A stretch of DNA of 32,000 nucleotides from Vibrio phage Bennett, in sequence record MN958086.1. One strand, 5' to 3'. Below, piece after piece: positions 7,429 through 16,084 of the stretch. The notes beneath the pieces are model-generated. The model had not been told where the DNA came from, ran no database searches, and was given only the letters and a program-made list of their open reading frames with translations. The position numbers and the translations under genes were made by a program. The stretch's first letter is position 1; every line of letters begins with the position of its first letter.

Positions 7429-7486
7429 AGATGAGAATGATTACCGTCCTCAATAAGGGGGGCGGTAATGAGACTTGTTCTCATCT
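7429..7486. promoter_or_regulatory. Nested long stem-loop downstream of the Dmp-like gene
   Basis: AGATGAGAA/TTCTCATCT (7429-7437 / 7478-7486) enclosing ATTACCG/CGGTAAT (7440-7446 / 7463-7469). Confidence 0.55.
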
Positions 7487-7519
7487 ACGGTGGGGTCTAC
7501 ACCCCCTATCACGTAACCA

Positions 7520-7607
7520 TTTTGAATTTTTCAAGATTAAGTAAAGGTGCTATTATAAAATAAAATTTTTTGATTTTTTCAAGATAAAATAAAGGCACTG
7601 CTAAAAC
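7520..7607. repeat. About 40-bp imperfect direct repeat
   Basis: ttttgaatttttcaagattaagtaaaggtgctattataaaa vs tttttgattttttcaagataaaataaaggcactgctaaaac. Confidence 0.6.
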
Positions 7608-7614
7608 AGTGCCT
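7593..7614 (-). terminator. Leftward rho-independent terminator overlapping the stop codon of the 7613-9559 gene
   Basis: AGGCACTG-CTAAAA-CAGTGCCT followed on the minus strand by TTTATTTTATCTTG. Confidence 0.75.
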
Positions 7615-9559
7615 ATGCCGTACCCAATATATAGAAACCTAACCGTACCTCAGGTGTCTTGTACGTTACGTCCCTCTCGCCAAGTTTATTATAGTATGTT
7701 GTCTTGCCAGAATACTCAGCACACTGTAGGGCAGCATTAGTAAGTTTATACCACCCTACCAATTCTAGCTCATTGCGCACCCAATTTACCCGTATCTTAT
7801 ATTGTATTCTTACAGCCTGCATCTTATTACCAGTACTAGAGAAATACCACCAAGACCTATCCGAGCTTGTTTTTGATACATCTCGCATTGTGCTGAATCC
7901 TATATCAGATACAACCGCTTCCTTATCAGGATGATCCTTACTAAATATCATGTATTGTAAGTTTGACCAGCCGGAATATCCATCAATACCTACATTCATT
8001 TTAGACGTTTTACCAGCAATCGTGCTGCTCGCCTCCCCCTTCAAGTATGGTGAGCTAACATGCACTGATAAATAGCTCTTATTAGTACTGCCTGGTGGTA
8101 GCTTTATTCTTTGTTTCACCACTGTTTTATAGTAATTCCCACATTGGTCAGGGTTCAGAACACGTCTCCAATCTGATGGCCCGAAGTCTATTACCTCTTT
8201 CTTGAATGAAGTACCTTGTTTTAATTGTGCGAAGGTATTGGTTTCAGCTGGAAATACCGCCGTAATAGCCGAATCACCGCCAAGTACAAAAGGTGTATAC
8301 TTTCTAGCCTTTGATGCTATTAAATATTCACCTTTACTTCCTTTATATTTAATCTCATCCGCCGAGAAGTCTAGTGATATGCCAGTCCCAAGAAGCGCTG
8401 ACGGGGAGTGCACTAGTAGTATTGTATCAATGTTATACCAGCCTGTACCCTCATTAACACTCCAGTTACCATTGCTACTCTTAAAAAATCTACAGTAAGG
8501 GAACGGGTAGTCTGCTAGTTGTGCCAACGTCAAACCCTTTACTAGCCTGTCAAAAAACGGATACTTGACTTTATATTTATGACTAGAAATTGTACTATCT
8601 AGTAAATCTTCATTTGGAGCAGGGTCAGTTATGAACATTCCGTTTTTCATAGCTAAATCTCCTACTACCATATCTTCACGAGATATGCGTATACCATCAC
8701 TTACATCAGGCTTCACATGTTCTAGTTTGTTGCTAGAATTATATTTTACATTAAATATATAAATAATTAATTTGAAGTTACTATCTGACGGGCTAGTAGA
8801 TGAGTAAGTTAGAGTAGTTGGAGCTGATGCTGTAGGTCTAATAATACGCATCCTAGATGATGTAGTACCATTAGCGAACAGTGCTCTATTTATTTTGTTT
8901 TCCTTAGTGAAACTAGCTGATGTAGCTCTACTAGCTGATGCAGACACATTTGGAGACTGAATTACTCTTTTATAGTTCTTAGTTTTCGGTGCTAAACCAG
9001 ATATGCTCCAGTTATTTCTATAGTAACTTTTACTAGTAGGGTAGTCTGTTATAAATGAATCACTTTGGATACGCACTGCCTGATCCACCGTTTCGTCAGC
9101 ATTAGCCATATCATGCATATCTATAGGTGCCCAACCACTGGAAATACCACCGTAAGGGTGTCCTCCTCCCATAGAACCTTGAAAATTACCTATAAATATA
9201 TCTGCGGAAGTAGGAGACCAATCACTAGAATATACACCTATAGGTCTATGCTCTACGTAGTTAGGGTGGTATGATACGTTTGAGCCACACATTAGATATC
9301 CTTGGTTCATGTAGTTCCATACCTCTTGTGGTATAACCGGTTCATAGTAGTGGTAATATCTAGTACCCGATTGTCTAGCCTCTACGTGCTTAAATTGAGT
9401 TACCTCTATAACCTTTGATATTGCTAAGTATGGTATATCTGAGTGGAATAGCGTTGAGGCTATAGGTGCTCCATGTAGTTGAGAAATAGACTCACTGCCA
9501 CTAGTTACATGTAATAGTGGTCTATTATCTGAGGGCTTTCTGCCCATAAAAAGTGCCAT
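7613..9559 (-). CDS. Large protein of unknown function (648 aa), lone leftward gene between the pre-early block and late operon
   Basis: Long ORF with AGGAGG SD (caggaggattatttATG) and own perfect promoter and terminator. Confidence 0.85.
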   Translation of the reverse strand: MALFMGRKPSDNRPLLHVTSGSESISQLHGAPIASTLFHSDIPYLAISKVIEVTQFKHVEARQSGTRYYHYYEPVIPQEVWNYMNQGYLMCGSNVSYHPNYVEHRPIGVYSSDWSPTSADIFIGNFQGSMGGGHPYGGISSGWAPIDMHDMANADETVDQAVRIQSDSFITDYPTSKSYYRNNWSISGLAPKTKNYKRVIQSPNVSASASRATSASFTKENKINRALFANGTTSSRMRIIRPTASAPTTLTYSSTSPSDSNFKLIIYIFNVKYNSSNKLEHVKPDVSDGIRISREDMVVGDLAMKNGMFITDPAPNEDLLDSTISSHKYKVKYPFFDRLVKGLTLAQLADYPFPYCRFFKSSNGNWSVNEGTGWYNIDTILLVHSPSALLGTGISLDFSADEIKYKGSKGEYLIASKARKYTPFVLGGDSAITAVFPAETNTFAQLKQGTSFKKEVIDFGPSDWRRVLNPDQCGNYYKTVVKQRIKLPPGSTNKSYLSVHVSSPYLKGEASSTIAGKTSKMNVGIDGYSGWSNLQYMIFSKDHPDKEAVVSDIGFSTMRDVSKTSSDRSWWYFSSTGNKMQAVRIQYKIRVNWVRNELELVGWYKLTNAALQCAEYSGKTTYYNKLGERDVTYKTPEVRLGFYILGTA

Positions 9560-9581
9560 AAATAATCCTCCTGTTTTGTAT

Positions 9582-9610
9582 ATTATATCTATAATTCAAT
9601 GCTATGTCAA
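9582..9610 (-). promoter_or_regulatory. Perfect-consensus sigma70 promoter, leftward (TTGACA-N17-TATAAT)
   Basis: Minus-strand TTGACA (9610-9605), 17-nt spacer, TATAAT (9587-9582). Confidence 0.85.
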
Positions 9611-9630
9611 ATTCGATTTTTAAATTTTTG

Positions 9631-9659
9631 TTGACATTCAGGTTTGAAGATGTTATATT
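9631..9659 (+). promoter_or_regulatory. Rightward promoter of the late operon (TTGACA-N17-TATATT)
   Basis: TTGACA 9631-9636, TATATT 9654-9659, then GGAAAGGAGAGGAGT-ATG. Confidence 0.75.
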
Positions 9660-9678
9660 AGTTGGAAAGGAGAGGAGT

Positions 9679-10149
9679 ATGACAGATAAACTACTACCAG
9701 ATATTATACAACCGGAAGGACTACAGGTCGCAGAGACGTACCTGATGCTAGGTGGGGACTCTAAGAGAACTGCTACTGAGCTAAATCTTCCTGTGGCTGA
9801 AGTGGAAGCCCAACTAAAGAAAAATGAAGTACGTACTTATATTAATAGACAATTTCATGAGCAAGGATTCAGAAATAAATTTAGAATCTTCGGTGTTATG
9901 GATCAACTATTAAATATGAAGCTTGAAGAAATCCAAGATACTCAAGTAGGTACTAGCGTAGATATTGTAGATCTAATCAAAGTAATGCATAAGATGAAGA
10001 TGGATGAAATGAAGATGGAAGTGGAGATGCTTAAAGCACAGGGAGCTACTGCTGGTCCTACAAATCAAACTAACATCCAAAACAACATTAACATGCCTGG
10101 CGGTGACGATGAGAACTATATGGCTCTCATAAATAAACTGGTGGGATAA
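9679..10149 (+). CDS. Putative small terminase subunit (156 aa from MTDKLLPDII)
   Basis: Immediately upstream of the large terminase, ATG overlap; HTH-like N-terminus and helical middle; start chosen by SD. Confidence 0.65.
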   Translation: MTDKLLPDIIQPEGLQVAETYLMLGGDSKRTATELNLPVAEVEAQLKKNEVRTYINRQFHEQGFRNKFRIFGVMDQLLNMKLEEIQDTQVGTSVDIVDLIKVMHKMKMDEMKMEVEMLKAQGATAGPTNQTNIQNNINMPGGDDENYMALINKLVG

Positions 10150-11468
10150 TGTTTTGTTCTAGAGATTATATAAACTGCGACAAGCTTGAGGAGTTTCCAC
10201 TAGATAAGCGATTCTTTGCTTTTGATGTGGAGAAGTTCATCAGTCAAATGAGGGCAGATAACGGACAGCCTATTATCCCTAATAGACCTCAAATAGCTAT
10301 TATTAATGCTGTAAACGATCCTAGACATCGTTTCGTAGTTGCATGTGTTAGTCGACGTGTAGGTAAATCCTTCATCTCGTTCGCACTAGCATTCTTGAAG
10401 GCACTAGAGCCTAATAACAAGATTCTAGTGGTGGCACCTAACTACTCACTAGCAGAAATCGGTTGGGGTGAGATTAAGAAATACATCAAACAGTTTGGCT
10501 TGAAGACTGTTAAAGAGAACGCTAAAGATAAAGAAATTCTTTTATCTAATAATACACTAATCAAACTAGCATCTGCCGAGAGAGCTGACTCTGCCGTAGG
10601 TCGTTCATACGATCTTATCATCTTCGATGAGGCTGCACTATCTGATAAAGGTGGGGATGCATTCCAGGTTGCGTTACGTCCTACACTGGATAAACCTAAC
10701 TCTAAAGCTATCTTTATTAGTACACCTCGTGGTTCTAACTACTTTAAAACATACTTTGAACAAGGCAAGTCTCAAGACCCTAACCTTGCTAACTGGGTAT
10801 CAATTCACGGTACATGGCGTGATAACCCTCGTGCTAGTCCAGAGGATATTGAACAAGCTCGTATTACTAACTCGGATGCTTACTTCCGTCAAGAATACGA
10901 AGCTGACTTCTCGGTATTCGAAGGCCGTATCTACGAAGCATTTGCTATCGATAGACACGTTAGAGACCTTAGTGAAATGGACTTTGATGATGATATTAGG
11001 TACGAAACAATTATGGGTATTGACCATGGTTACAGAGACCCAACTGCTAGCGTAGTTCTTAAGTATGACTTAGAAGAAGACATATTCTATATTACTGACG
11101 AGTATGAAAAACAATCTAAGACTACTCGTGTACATGCAGAGAAATTCCAGCAACAAATCGACGACTTTGATGTAGCTATGATTTTCTGTGACTCTGCTGC
11201 AGCTCAGTTCCGTGCTGACCTAGCTTATGAATACGACATTGCAAGCATGCCTTGTAAGAAATCTACTAATGACGCTATTAACTATATAGCGGCACTTATA
11301 GAACAGGATAAAATCATACTAGATATTAATTGTCCTCTAACTCGTGAGATGTTTATTAACTACAGGTGGGATCCGAAAGAGGGGCTATTGAAAGAACGCC
11401 CACTTCACAACCAGTATTCTCACTTAGCGGATGCTGTGAGATATGCAATCTACTCATACTGCAGATAA
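10149..11468 (+). CDS. terL: Terminase large subunit
   Basis: Walker A-like CVSRRVGKSF, Walker B YDLIIFDEAA, nuclease motifs MGIDHGYRDP and IFCDSAAAQ. Confidence 0.93.
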   Translation: MFCSRDYINCDKLEEFPLDKRFFAFDVEKFISQMRADNGQPIIPNRPQIAIINAVNDPRHRFVVACVSRRVGKSFISFALAFLKALEPNNKILVVAPNYSLAEIGWGEIKKYIKQFGLKTVKENAKDKEILLSNNTLIKLASAERADSAVGRSYDLIIFDEAALSDKGGDAFQVALRPTLDKPNSKAIFISTPRGSNYFKTYFEQGKSQDPNLANWVSIHGTWRDNPRASPEDIEQARITNSDAYFRQEYEADFSVFEGRIYEAFAIDRHVRDLSEMDFDDDIRYETIMGIDHGYRDPTASVVLKYDLEEDIFYITDEYEKQSKTTRVHAEKFQQQIDDFDVAMIFCDSAAAQFRADLAYEYDIASMPCKKSTNDAINYIAALIEQDKIILDINCPLTREMFINYRWDPKEGLLKERPLHNQYSHLADAVRYAIYSYCR

Positions 11469-11493
11469 TCCGAGTAGAAATTATAAAACTCAC

Positions 11494-11522
11494 TTTACAT
11501 TTACGCACTAGTACTATATACT
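11494..11522 (+). promoter_or_regulatory. Predicted internal promoter TTTACA-N17-TATACT upstream of the HNH gene
   Basis: -35 at 11494-11499, -10 at 11517-11522. Confidence 0.5.
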
Positions 11523-11549
11523 AGATTCATAAGTTAAGGAGAAGAAGTT

Positions 11550-12023
11550 ATGGCAACTAATACCAACAAACGAGTAGCAACAAAACATATTCGCGATGGT
11601 ATTAAGTCTAACTATTCCAAGAAAGACTATTGTGAGATTTGTGGTACGGAGCACGATTTAGAGCTTCACCACTACCATACGGTATCTCTACTTCTTAAAC
11701 AGTATGCCAAAGAGAATGGTATTCCCATCTCAACTGACGAGCAGGTTCTCGCTATGCGGGACGACTTCTATAAAGTACATTGGCATGAATTAGTTGATGA
11801 TACCGTAACCCTTTGTAATAGTCACCACGTAAAACTACACCAGATATATTCTCAAGAGCCTGACCTATCTACTGCTAGTAAGCAGAGAAGATGGGTCAAG
11901 ATACAGCGAGATAGGCAAGGTGATTCTAGTGGAGAGACGATAATCAGTACGGGCGATAGCGCAGCTAATGCGTTGTGTAACTACATGGTTGCAACTATTT
12001 CACTAGACAAATTTAAGGTATAA
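11550..12023 (+). CDS. HNH endonuclease family protein (157 aa)
   Basis: CEIC...LELHHYH...LCNSHHVKLHQIY; lies between terL and portal. Confidence 0.75.
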   Translation: MATNTNKRVATKHIRDGIKSNYSKKDYCEICGTEHDLELHHYHTVSLLLKQYAKENGIPISTDEQVLAMRDDFYKVHWHELVDDTVTLCNSHHVKLHQIYSQEPDLSTASKQRRWVKIQRDRQGDSSGETIISTGDSAANALCNYMVATISLDKFKV

Positions 12024-12025
12024 AC

Positions 12026-13252
12026 ATGGGATTTAGAGACTGGTTAGTAACCAAATTAAACCCAGCCCAAGAACTTATAGCTAGAGAAGACCCTAGTTCT
12101 ACTACTAGTAATAAGAAGCCTTTGACTACAACTCGTGCTTTTGAAGACGTAGAGGTTGTAAACCGTTGTGTTAACCTTTTAGTTGATAACGCTTGTCAAG
12201 TTAGATATGACATTAAAGATCAATACTCTTTTACTCCCCTTGGTTCTGGAAAGGCCAAAGGCGGTATTCGTCAAGATAAAGTAAAAGAGTTACTTAATGT
12301 TAGACCTAACCCATTTATGGACGCTAGTACTTTCTGGCGTTTAGTAATAATGGACTTTATCATGGAAGGTTGGGCATTTGTTCATTGGGATGGTTACTCA
12401 TTATATCATCTACCTGCTGCTAATATGGAAGTATATGCTGACAAGAAACAGTATATTAACAGATATATTTATGGCGCTCAGGTAGAATTTCAACCAAATG
12501 AGATTATCTTTATTAAGGATAACGCTTATAACAGAGGTAACTCAACTCAGATTGAGGGATTCTCTAGAATCTTATCTAGCTTGGAAGGGCTGGTGAGAAG
12601 AGACAAACTGCTACAATTCAAAGAGAAATTCTTTGATAACGGTGCTGTATTTAGTTTAATACTTGAAACAGAAGCGGTACTAAACAAGAAACTTAAAAAA
12701 CGTTTCGAAGAAGAAATATCTTTAGATTATAACCCACGCACAGGTCGTTCTAGTGTTAAGGTTCTAGATGCCGGCATGAAAGCCAAAACTCTAACACCTA
12801 CTAGTTCTAAGGATTTGGATGTTAAAGCAGATGTTGACGATTTTGAACGTAAAGCATGTATTGCTTTAGGTATTCCACCATTATTACTAGACTCTGGTAA
12901 TAATGCTAACATTCGTCCTAATGTAGAGCTACTGTTCTATATGACCATTCTGCCTATGATGCGTAAATTTGAATCAGTATTTGAGACATTCTTTGGTTAT
13001 GATATTAAATTAACTACAGATGATATTACAGCGTTAGCACCAGATGCTAAAGCTGAGGCCGAAGCAGTAACCTCTAAGGTAAATAATGGTCTTATCACTC
13101 CCAACGAAGGACGTATCGAGTTACGCTACGAACCTCTAGAGGGTCAGGATATGGATAAGATTCGTATACCACAGAATATTGCAGGTTCTGGTACTGGAGT
13201 ATCGGGACAGGAGGGTGGTAAACCTTCAAACTCGGACTCAGATGACAAGTAA
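12026..13252 (+). CDS. Portal protein (T5 pb7-like/HK97-type), 408 aa
   Basis: Position and portal-like sequence (NRCVNLLVDNACQ, LNVRPNPFMDASTFWRLVIMDFIMEGWAF, LGIPPLLLDSG). Confidence 0.88.
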   Translation: MGFRDWLVTKLNPAQELIAREDPSSTTSNKKPLTTTRAFEDVEVVNRCVNLLVDNACQVRYDIKDQYSFTPLGSGKAKGGIRQDKVKELLNVRPNPFMDASTFWRLVIMDFIMEGWAFVHWDGYSLYHLPAANMEVYADKKQYINRYIYGAQVEFQPNEIIFIKDNAYNRGNSTQIEGFSRILSSLEGLVRRDKLLQFKEKFFDNGAVFSLILETEAVLNKKLKKRFEEEISLDYNPRTGRSSVKVLDAGMKAKTLTPTSSKDLDVKADVDDFERKACIALGIPPLLLDSGNNANIRPNVELLFYMTILPMMRKFESVFETFFGYDIKLTTDDITALAPDAKAEAEAVTSKVNNGLITPNEGRIELRYEPLEGQDMDKIRIPQNIAGSGTGVSGQEGGKPSNSDSDDK

Positions 13253-13481
13253 ACAAGTAAACTTTAATACAGTCTACAACGATTACGGTGATACTCTCCC
13301 AGATAAGAGCACTTTCTTTAATGACCCTAAAAATGAGGTTACTAGAGTGATGCTTCGCTACCACTATAAAGTAGATAGTGACTGTAGAGCCTTTAAACGT
13401 TTTACAGATGAGTATGCCGAATTCGTAGCTGCATTAAAAGCATCTAAGAAACCTTCGGAGAATACTAATGAAGCTAAATAA
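13242..13481 (+). CDS. Small hypothetical protein between portal and protease (79 aa from MTSKQVNFN)
   Basis: Overlaps the portal stop and protease start. Confidence 0.6.
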   Translation: MTSKQVNFNTVYNDYGDTLPDKSTFFNDPKNEVTRVMLRYHYKVDSDCRAFKRFTDEYAEFVAALKASKKPSENTNEAK

Positions 13482-14073
13482 GCCTATTGATATGGAGCTA
13501 TCCGCTAGTTTCGTGGCTAAAGCAGCTAACGATGAAGAAGATTCTCCATTGGTAATTAAGGGATACGCTAACACAGTCAATAAAGACCGTGCAGGCGACG
13601 TAATCCCTAAAGACGCATGGCTAGGTAAGGACGCTCTTCCTAACTATGAAAAGAACCCAATCATTCTTGCATTCCATAACCACTCAATGCCAATCGGTAA
13701 GATGATCGGTTATGAAGTAACTGATGAAGGCTTACAGATTGAAGCCGAAATTAGTAAAGCAGCAGGCCCAGTATATCAACTTATTAAAGATGGTATCTTA
13801 AAAACATTTAGTGTTGGCTTCCGCTGCCTAGATGCTGAATGGAAGAAAGATGAAGATATTTATTTAATCAAAGAATTAGAACTATTCGAAGTATCGGTGG
13901 TTTCAGTTCCATGTAATCAGGACTCAGTATTTGAAGTTTCTAAGAGCTTAAACTCTTCTGATTATAATAATTTTAAGAAACAACTTCAAGCAAAGGCTAG
14001 TGAGCCGAGCGAAACTAACGAAGTTGACGTGTTAGAAAAGCTAGCCATTGCGCTAGGAGTTAAGAAAGGATAA
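13468..14073 (+). CDS. HK97-family prohead protease (201 aa)
   Basis: GYANTVNKDRAGDVIPKDAW, ILAFHNHSMPIGKM, LKTFSVGFR, LFEVSVVSVPCN. Confidence 0.9.
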   Translation: MKLNKPIDMELSASFVAKAANDEEDSPLVIKGYANTVNKDRAGDVIPKDAWLGKDALPNYEKNPIILAFHNHSMPIGKMIGYEVTDEGLQIEAEISKAAGPVYQLIKDGILKTFSVGFRCLDAEWKKDEDIYLIKELELFEVSVVSVPCNQDSVFEVSKSLNSSDYNNFKKQLQAKASEPSETNEVDVLEKLAIALGVKKG

Positions 14074-14080
14074 TACAATT

Positions 14081-15478
14081 ATGCCAATGACAGAAAAAGA
14101 AATCGCTGAACTACAAGAAAAGCTAGGTATCAAAACAGTAGTAGATGCAGCTAAAGCTATTACTGATAAAGCTGAAGCAGAAGCTAAAGAAAAAGCTGAA
14201 AAAGCTCGTAAAGCAGCTGAAGACGCACGTGTTAAAGCTCTTGTAGATGAAGCTACTGGTGAACAAAAAGAAAAACTAGAAACGGCTCTAAATCTCATTA
14301 AAGCTCTTTCTGGCAAGCTAGAAGAAGGTGACGTAGACGGCTTCGCTAAATCAGTAGAAGAAACTCAAAACCAAATCAAGTCAGTACGTGACGAAGTAGC
14401 TCAACTAATGAATGCTCGCGAAGGTAAAAACTCAATCGCAGTAGCAGTTGGTAAGGCATTCAAACTTGAATCTCAAACTGATTTCGAAGAAGAAGCTGAA
14501 AAAGCTGTTCTACTTTCTTTCATTACTAAGAAAGGTGTATTCGAAACAGATTTTGGTGCTAAACTAGAAAAAGCAGTAAACGATAGTTCATCTATCCAAG
14601 TTTCTAGCGAAAACTACGAAACAGTATTCTCAAATCGTATCCTACGTGACATTCAGAAACTACTAGTTGTTGGTGCTATGTTCCAAGAACTACCAATGTC
14701 AAGTAAGAAACTAACAATGCAAATCGAACCTGATGCACAAGATGCAACATGGGTAGATGCATCAACTTACGGTAAAGAAACTACTGTAGGTAACGAAATC
14801 AAAGTTGCACTAACTGATATCACATTCAGTACATTCAAACTAGCAGCTAAAGCTTACATGACAGACGAAACTGAAGAAGACGCAATCACTGCACTTCTAC
14901 CAATTATCCGTCGTCACCTAATCGAAGCTCACGTACAAGCTATCGAGAAAGCATTCATGGGTGGTGAAGATACAGCTCCAGTAGGTAAACCAACTGGTCT
15001 ATTGACTTTCGCTAAAATTGACAACAAACGTATTGCAACTACAGCAACACACGACGGTTCTGCTAAAGTAACTGCTAAAATGATTCATCAGCTACGTCGT
15101 CAACTAGGTCTTAAAGGTCTACGTCTAGATGCTCTAGCTCTAATCGTTTCAATGGACGCTTACTACGATCTTCTAGAAGATGACGAGTGGCAAGACATTA
15201 ACCAAGTAGGCGCTAGCGCTTCGGTTAAACTACAAGGTCAACTTGGTCGTATCTACGGTATGCCAGTAGTTGTTTCTAGCTACTTCCCAGCTAAAGCAAC
15301 TAAGAAAGAGTTCTGTGCAATCGTTTATCGTAACGAATTCGTAGTTCCTCGCCAACGTCAGGTGACAGTTGAGTACGAACGTCGTGCTTCAGAACAGCGT
15401 GATGCGTACTACGTAACACAACGTCTGAACCTACAACGCTACTTCACTGGTAACGTAGTTTCAGGTACATACGCTTAA
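14081..15478 (+). CDS. Major capsid protein with N-terminal Ala/Glu-rich coiled-coil scaffolding (delta) domain, T5 pb8-like (465 aa)
   Basis: Delta-like N-terminus, HK97-fold C-terminal region, position downstream of the protease. Confidence 0.9.
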   Translation: MPMTEKEIAELQEKLGIKTVVDAAKAITDKAEAEAKEKAEKARKAAEDARVKALVDEATGEQKEKLETALNLIKALSGKLEEGDVDGFAKSVEETQNQIKSVRDEVAQLMNAREGKNSIAVAVGKAFKLESQTDFEEEAEKAVLLSFITKKGVFETDFGAKLEKAVNDSSSIQVSSENYETVFSNRILRDIQKLLVVGAMFQELPMSSKKLTMQIEPDAQDATWVDASTYGKETTVGNEIKVALTDITFSTFKLAAKAYMTDETEEDAITALLPIIRRHLIEAHVQAIEKAFMGGEDTAPVGKPTGLLTFAKIDNKRIATTATHDGSAKVTAKMIHQLRRQLGLKGLRLDALALIVSMDAYYDLLEDDEWQDINQVGASASVKLQGQLGRIYGMPVVVSSYFPAKATKKEFCAIVYRNEFVVPRQRQVTVEYERRASEQRDAYYVTQRLNLQRYFTGNVVSGTYA

Positions 15479-15492
15479 TAGCGTAGATCATT

Positions 15493-15525
15493 AAGGGGTG
15501 AGAGCTTATTGCTCCACCCCTTTTT
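15493..15525 (+). terminator. Rho-independent terminator after the capsid gene
   Basis: AAGGGGTG-AGAGC-TTATT-GCTC-CACCCCTTTTT. Confidence 0.8.
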
Positions 15526-15541
15526 CTTTATGGGGAATACG

Positions 15542-16084
15542 ATGGCAGAAATAATTACAATTGATGAATATAAAGCGTTTGCTAGTATTGAAGGTAAGAA
15601 GAATGACCCTCAAATCGCAGCACTTATTAAATCATGTTCTGAGATAGTACAAGAATTCATTGGCTACCCTCTTACCGCTACTGGTGATATAGAGGCCACC
15701 GTCAGAACAAGAGCGCATACTACCGAATATATGCTTCCTAACTTTGAGATGGATGTATCTGACGTTAAATACATACCTAGGGGCGACGATGCATCAAGCG
15801 GAATATCTCTAGACAAACATGACTACTATGTTGCAGATACTGGTAAGTTAGAGTTGTATTCTTTAGTGCCAAATAATGGAGATAGTATTCTAATATCTTA
15901 TAGTATCGCTGCACCAGATTTAGAGTCTATCAAGTTAGCAACTATGTTGTTAGTTAAGTATTATTATAAAGAAGAATTTAATAAAACATCAGTAGGCGCA
16001 GGTGGTCAGACAGTATCCTACCAAACAGGGAAGAACTTCCCACCACACGTACGTGCTATTTTGATGATGCATAGGATGTTCTAA
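15542..16084 (+). CDS. Putative head-completion / head-tail connector protein (180 aa from MAEIITIDEY)
   Basis: gp6-like helical pattern and position; start at 15542 preferred over 15509. Confidence 0.65.
   Translation: MAEIITIDEYKAFASIEGKKNDPQIAALIKSCSEIVQEFIGYPLTATGDIEATVRTRAHTTEYMLPNFEMDVSDVKYIPRGDDASSGISLDKHDYYVADTGKLELYSLVPNNGDSILISYSIAAPDLESIKLATMLLVKYYYKEEFNKTSVGAGGQTVSYQTGKNFPPHVRAILMMHRMF

Noticed and set aside
7411-9604. Exact terminal-repeat boundary
   Set aside because: It cannot be placed without the second genome copy, coverage data or physical end mapping; only the T5-like gene order suggests it is near here.
9604-9678. Upstream extension of the small terminase ORF (start at 9604)
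   Set aside because: The extension covers the predicted promoter; the ATG at 9679 has a strong SD.
10627-11055. 142-aa ORF inside terL in another frame
   Set aside because: terL has clear conserved motifs throughout the region; the alternate frame is Leu/Thr-rich noise.
14053-14316. Minus-strand ORF over the start of the capsid gene (and similar antisense ORFs at 8202, 16095, 18945, 20916, 21336, 21639, 22302, 23739, 27483, 29453)
   Set aside because: These are antisense shadows of long, motif-supported coding regions, explained by codon composition.
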